NCBI GenBank assembly: GCA_032718475.1
Contig: JAUCBJ010009113.1
Span: 11,722-75,721, forward strand
DNA from: Nemertoderma westbladi
Taxonomy: Eukaryota > Animalia > Xenacoelomorpha
Reading direction: 5' to 3'
Length of the DNA: 64,000 nucleotides
Shown here one piece after another: positions 61,619 through 64,000 of this stretch (the stretch's first letter is position 1; each line of letters begins with the position of its first letter). The notes under the pieces are model-generated. The model was given only the letters and a program-made list of their open reading frames with translations, had not been told where the DNA came from and did no database searches. The position numbers and the translations under genes were made by a program.

Positions 61619-64000
61619 ATAAGTGTCGGCTTTGTACTCATATAAGTGTCGGCTTTGTACTCATATAAGTGTCGGCTTTGTACTCATATAAGTGTCGGCT
61701 TTGTACTCATATAAGTGTCGGCTTTGTACTCTATATACATTTCGCCTTTGTATCTTTATACGTTTTGCCTTTGTACTCATAAGTGTCGGCTTTGTACTCA
61801 TATAAGTGTCGGCTTTGTACTCATATAAGTGTCGGCTTTGTACTCATATAAGTGTCGGCTTTGTACTCTATATACATTTCGCCTTTGTATCTATATACGT
61901 TTTGCCTTTGTACTCATAAGTGTCGGCTTTGTACTCATATAAGTGTCGGCTTTGTACTCATATAAGTGTCGGCTTTGTACTCATATAAGTGTCGGCTTTG
62001 TACTCTATATACATTTCGCCTTTGTATCTTTATACGTTTTGCCTTTGTACTCATAAGTGTCGGCTTTGTACTCATATAAGTGTCGGCTTTGTACTCTATA
62101 TACATTTCGCCTTTGTATCTATATACGTTTTGCCTTTGTACTCATAAGTGTCGACTTTGTACTCATATAAGTGTCGGCTTTGTACTCATATAAGTGTCGG
62201 CTTTGTACTCATATAAGTGTCGGCTTTGTACTCTATATACATTTCGCCTTTGTATCTTTATACGTTTTGCCTTTGTACTCATAAGTGTCGGCTTTGTACT
62301 CATATAAGTGTCGGCTTTGTACTCATATAAGTGTCGGCTTTGTACTCTATATACATTTCGCCTTTGTATCTATATACGTTTTGCCTTTGTACTCATAAGT
62401 GTCGGCTTTGTACTCATATAAGTGTCGGCTTTGTACTCTATATACATTTTGCCTTTGTATCTATATACGTTTTGCCTTTGTACTCATAAGTGTCGGCTTT
62501 GTACTCATATAAGTGTCGGCTTTGTACTCATATAAGTGTCGGCTTTGTACTCATATAAGTGTCGGCTTTGTACTCATATAAGTGTCGGCTTTGTACTCTA
62601 TATACATTTCGCCTTTGTATCTATATACGTTTTGCCTTTGTACTCATATAAGTGTCGGCTTTGTACTCATATAAGTGTCGGCTTTGTACTCTATATACGT
62701 TTTGCCTTTGTACTCATAAGTGTCGGCTTTGTACTCATATAAGTGTCGGCTTTGTACTCATATAAGTGTCGGCTTTGTACTCATATAAGTGTCGGCTTTG
62801 TACTCATATAAGTGTCGGCTTTGTACTCTATATACATTTCGCCTTTGTATCTTTATACGTTTTGCCTTTGTACTCATAAGTGTCGGCTTTGTACTCATAT
62901 AAGTGTCGGCTTTGTACTCTATATACATTTCGCCTTTGTATCTATATACGTTTTGCCTTTGTACTCATAAGTGTCGACTTTGTACTCATATAAGTGTCGG
63001 CTTTGTACTCATATAAGTGTCGGCTTTGTACTCATATAAGTGTCGGCTTTGTACTCTATATACATTTCGCCTTTGTATCTTTATACGTTTTGCCTTTGTA
63101 CTCATAAGTGTCGGCTTTGTACTCATATAAGTGTCGGCTTTGTACTCATATAAGTGTCGGCTTTGTACTCTATATACATTTCGCCTTTGTATCTATATAC
63201 GTTTTGCCTTTGTACTCATAAGTGTCGGCTTTGTACTCATATAAGTGTCGGCTTTGTACTCATATAAGTGTCGGCTTTGTACTCTATATACGTTTTGCCT
63301 TTGTACTCATAAGTGTCGGCTTTGTACTCATATAAGTGTCGGCTTTGTACTCATAAGTGTCGGCTTTGTACTCATAAGTGTCGGCTTTGTACTCATATAA
63401 GTGTCGGCTTTGTACTCTATATACATTTTGCCTTTGTATCTTTATACGTTTTGCCTTTGTACTCATAAGTGTCGGCTTTGTACTCATATAAGTGTCGGCT
63501 TTGTATTGTACTCATAAGTGTCGGTTTTATATTGTACTCATAAGTATCGGCTTTGTACTCATATAAGTGTCGGCTTTGTACTCTATATACATTTCGCCTT
63601 TGTATCTTTATACGTTTTGCCTTTGTACTCATAAGTGTCGGCTTTGTACTCATATAAGTGTCGGCTTTGTACTCATATAAGTGTCGGCTTTGTACTCTAT
63701 ATACATTTTGCCTTTGTATCTATATAAGTTTTGCCTTTGTATCTATATACGTTTTGCCTTTGTACTCATAAGTGTCAGCTTTGTATTGTACTCATAAGTG
63801 TCGGTTTTATATTGTACTCATAAGTGTCGGCTTTGCATTGTACTCATAAGTGTCGGCTTTGTACTCATATAAGTGTCGGCTTTGTACTCATATAAGTGTC
63901 GGCTTTGTACTCATATAAGTGTCGGCTTTGTACTCATATAAGTGTCGGCTTTGTACTCTATATACATTTTGCCTTTGTATCTATATAAGTTTTGCCTTTG
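61619..64000. repeat. 21/23-bp minisatellite with interspersed variant units, truncated by the window end
   Basis: (AT)ATAAGTGTCGGCTTTGTACTC units are periodically interrupted by the variant pair TATATACATTTCGCCTTTGTATC / TATACGTTTTGCCTTTGTACTC. Confidence 0.97.

Overview
Repeat-rich eukaryotic (probably invertebrate animal) DNA with no intact host gene. It opens with a 64-bp satellite (1-4715). A degenerate membrane-anchor/repeat-stalk/fibrinogen-domain gene is split by a 29-kb BEL/Pao LTR retrotransposon (7476-36538, TSD GACAC, gag-protease-truncated RT). A second, opposite-strand, near-complete BEL/Pao element (11512-28410, TSD CGGAC) is inserted in its gag. Downstream are a 13.6-kb foldback element filled with a ~147-bp satellite (39142-52787, 8-bp TSD), several MITEs, a frameshifted SAMD3-like gene and a 23-bp minisatellite. 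The most unusual signal is that neither BEL element has a tRNA-type (TGG) primer-binding site. In both, the bases right after the 5' LTR are complementary to a 10-11-mer inside the element's own LTR, which suggests Tf1-like self-priming in BEL/Pao. The inner element also has TA...TA termini, a tRNA-like Pol III cassette in its LTR, an extra 3xCCHC ORF after the integrase and a frame-independent recurring 17-nt hairpin motif. All alignments were made by eye; no database searches were run.
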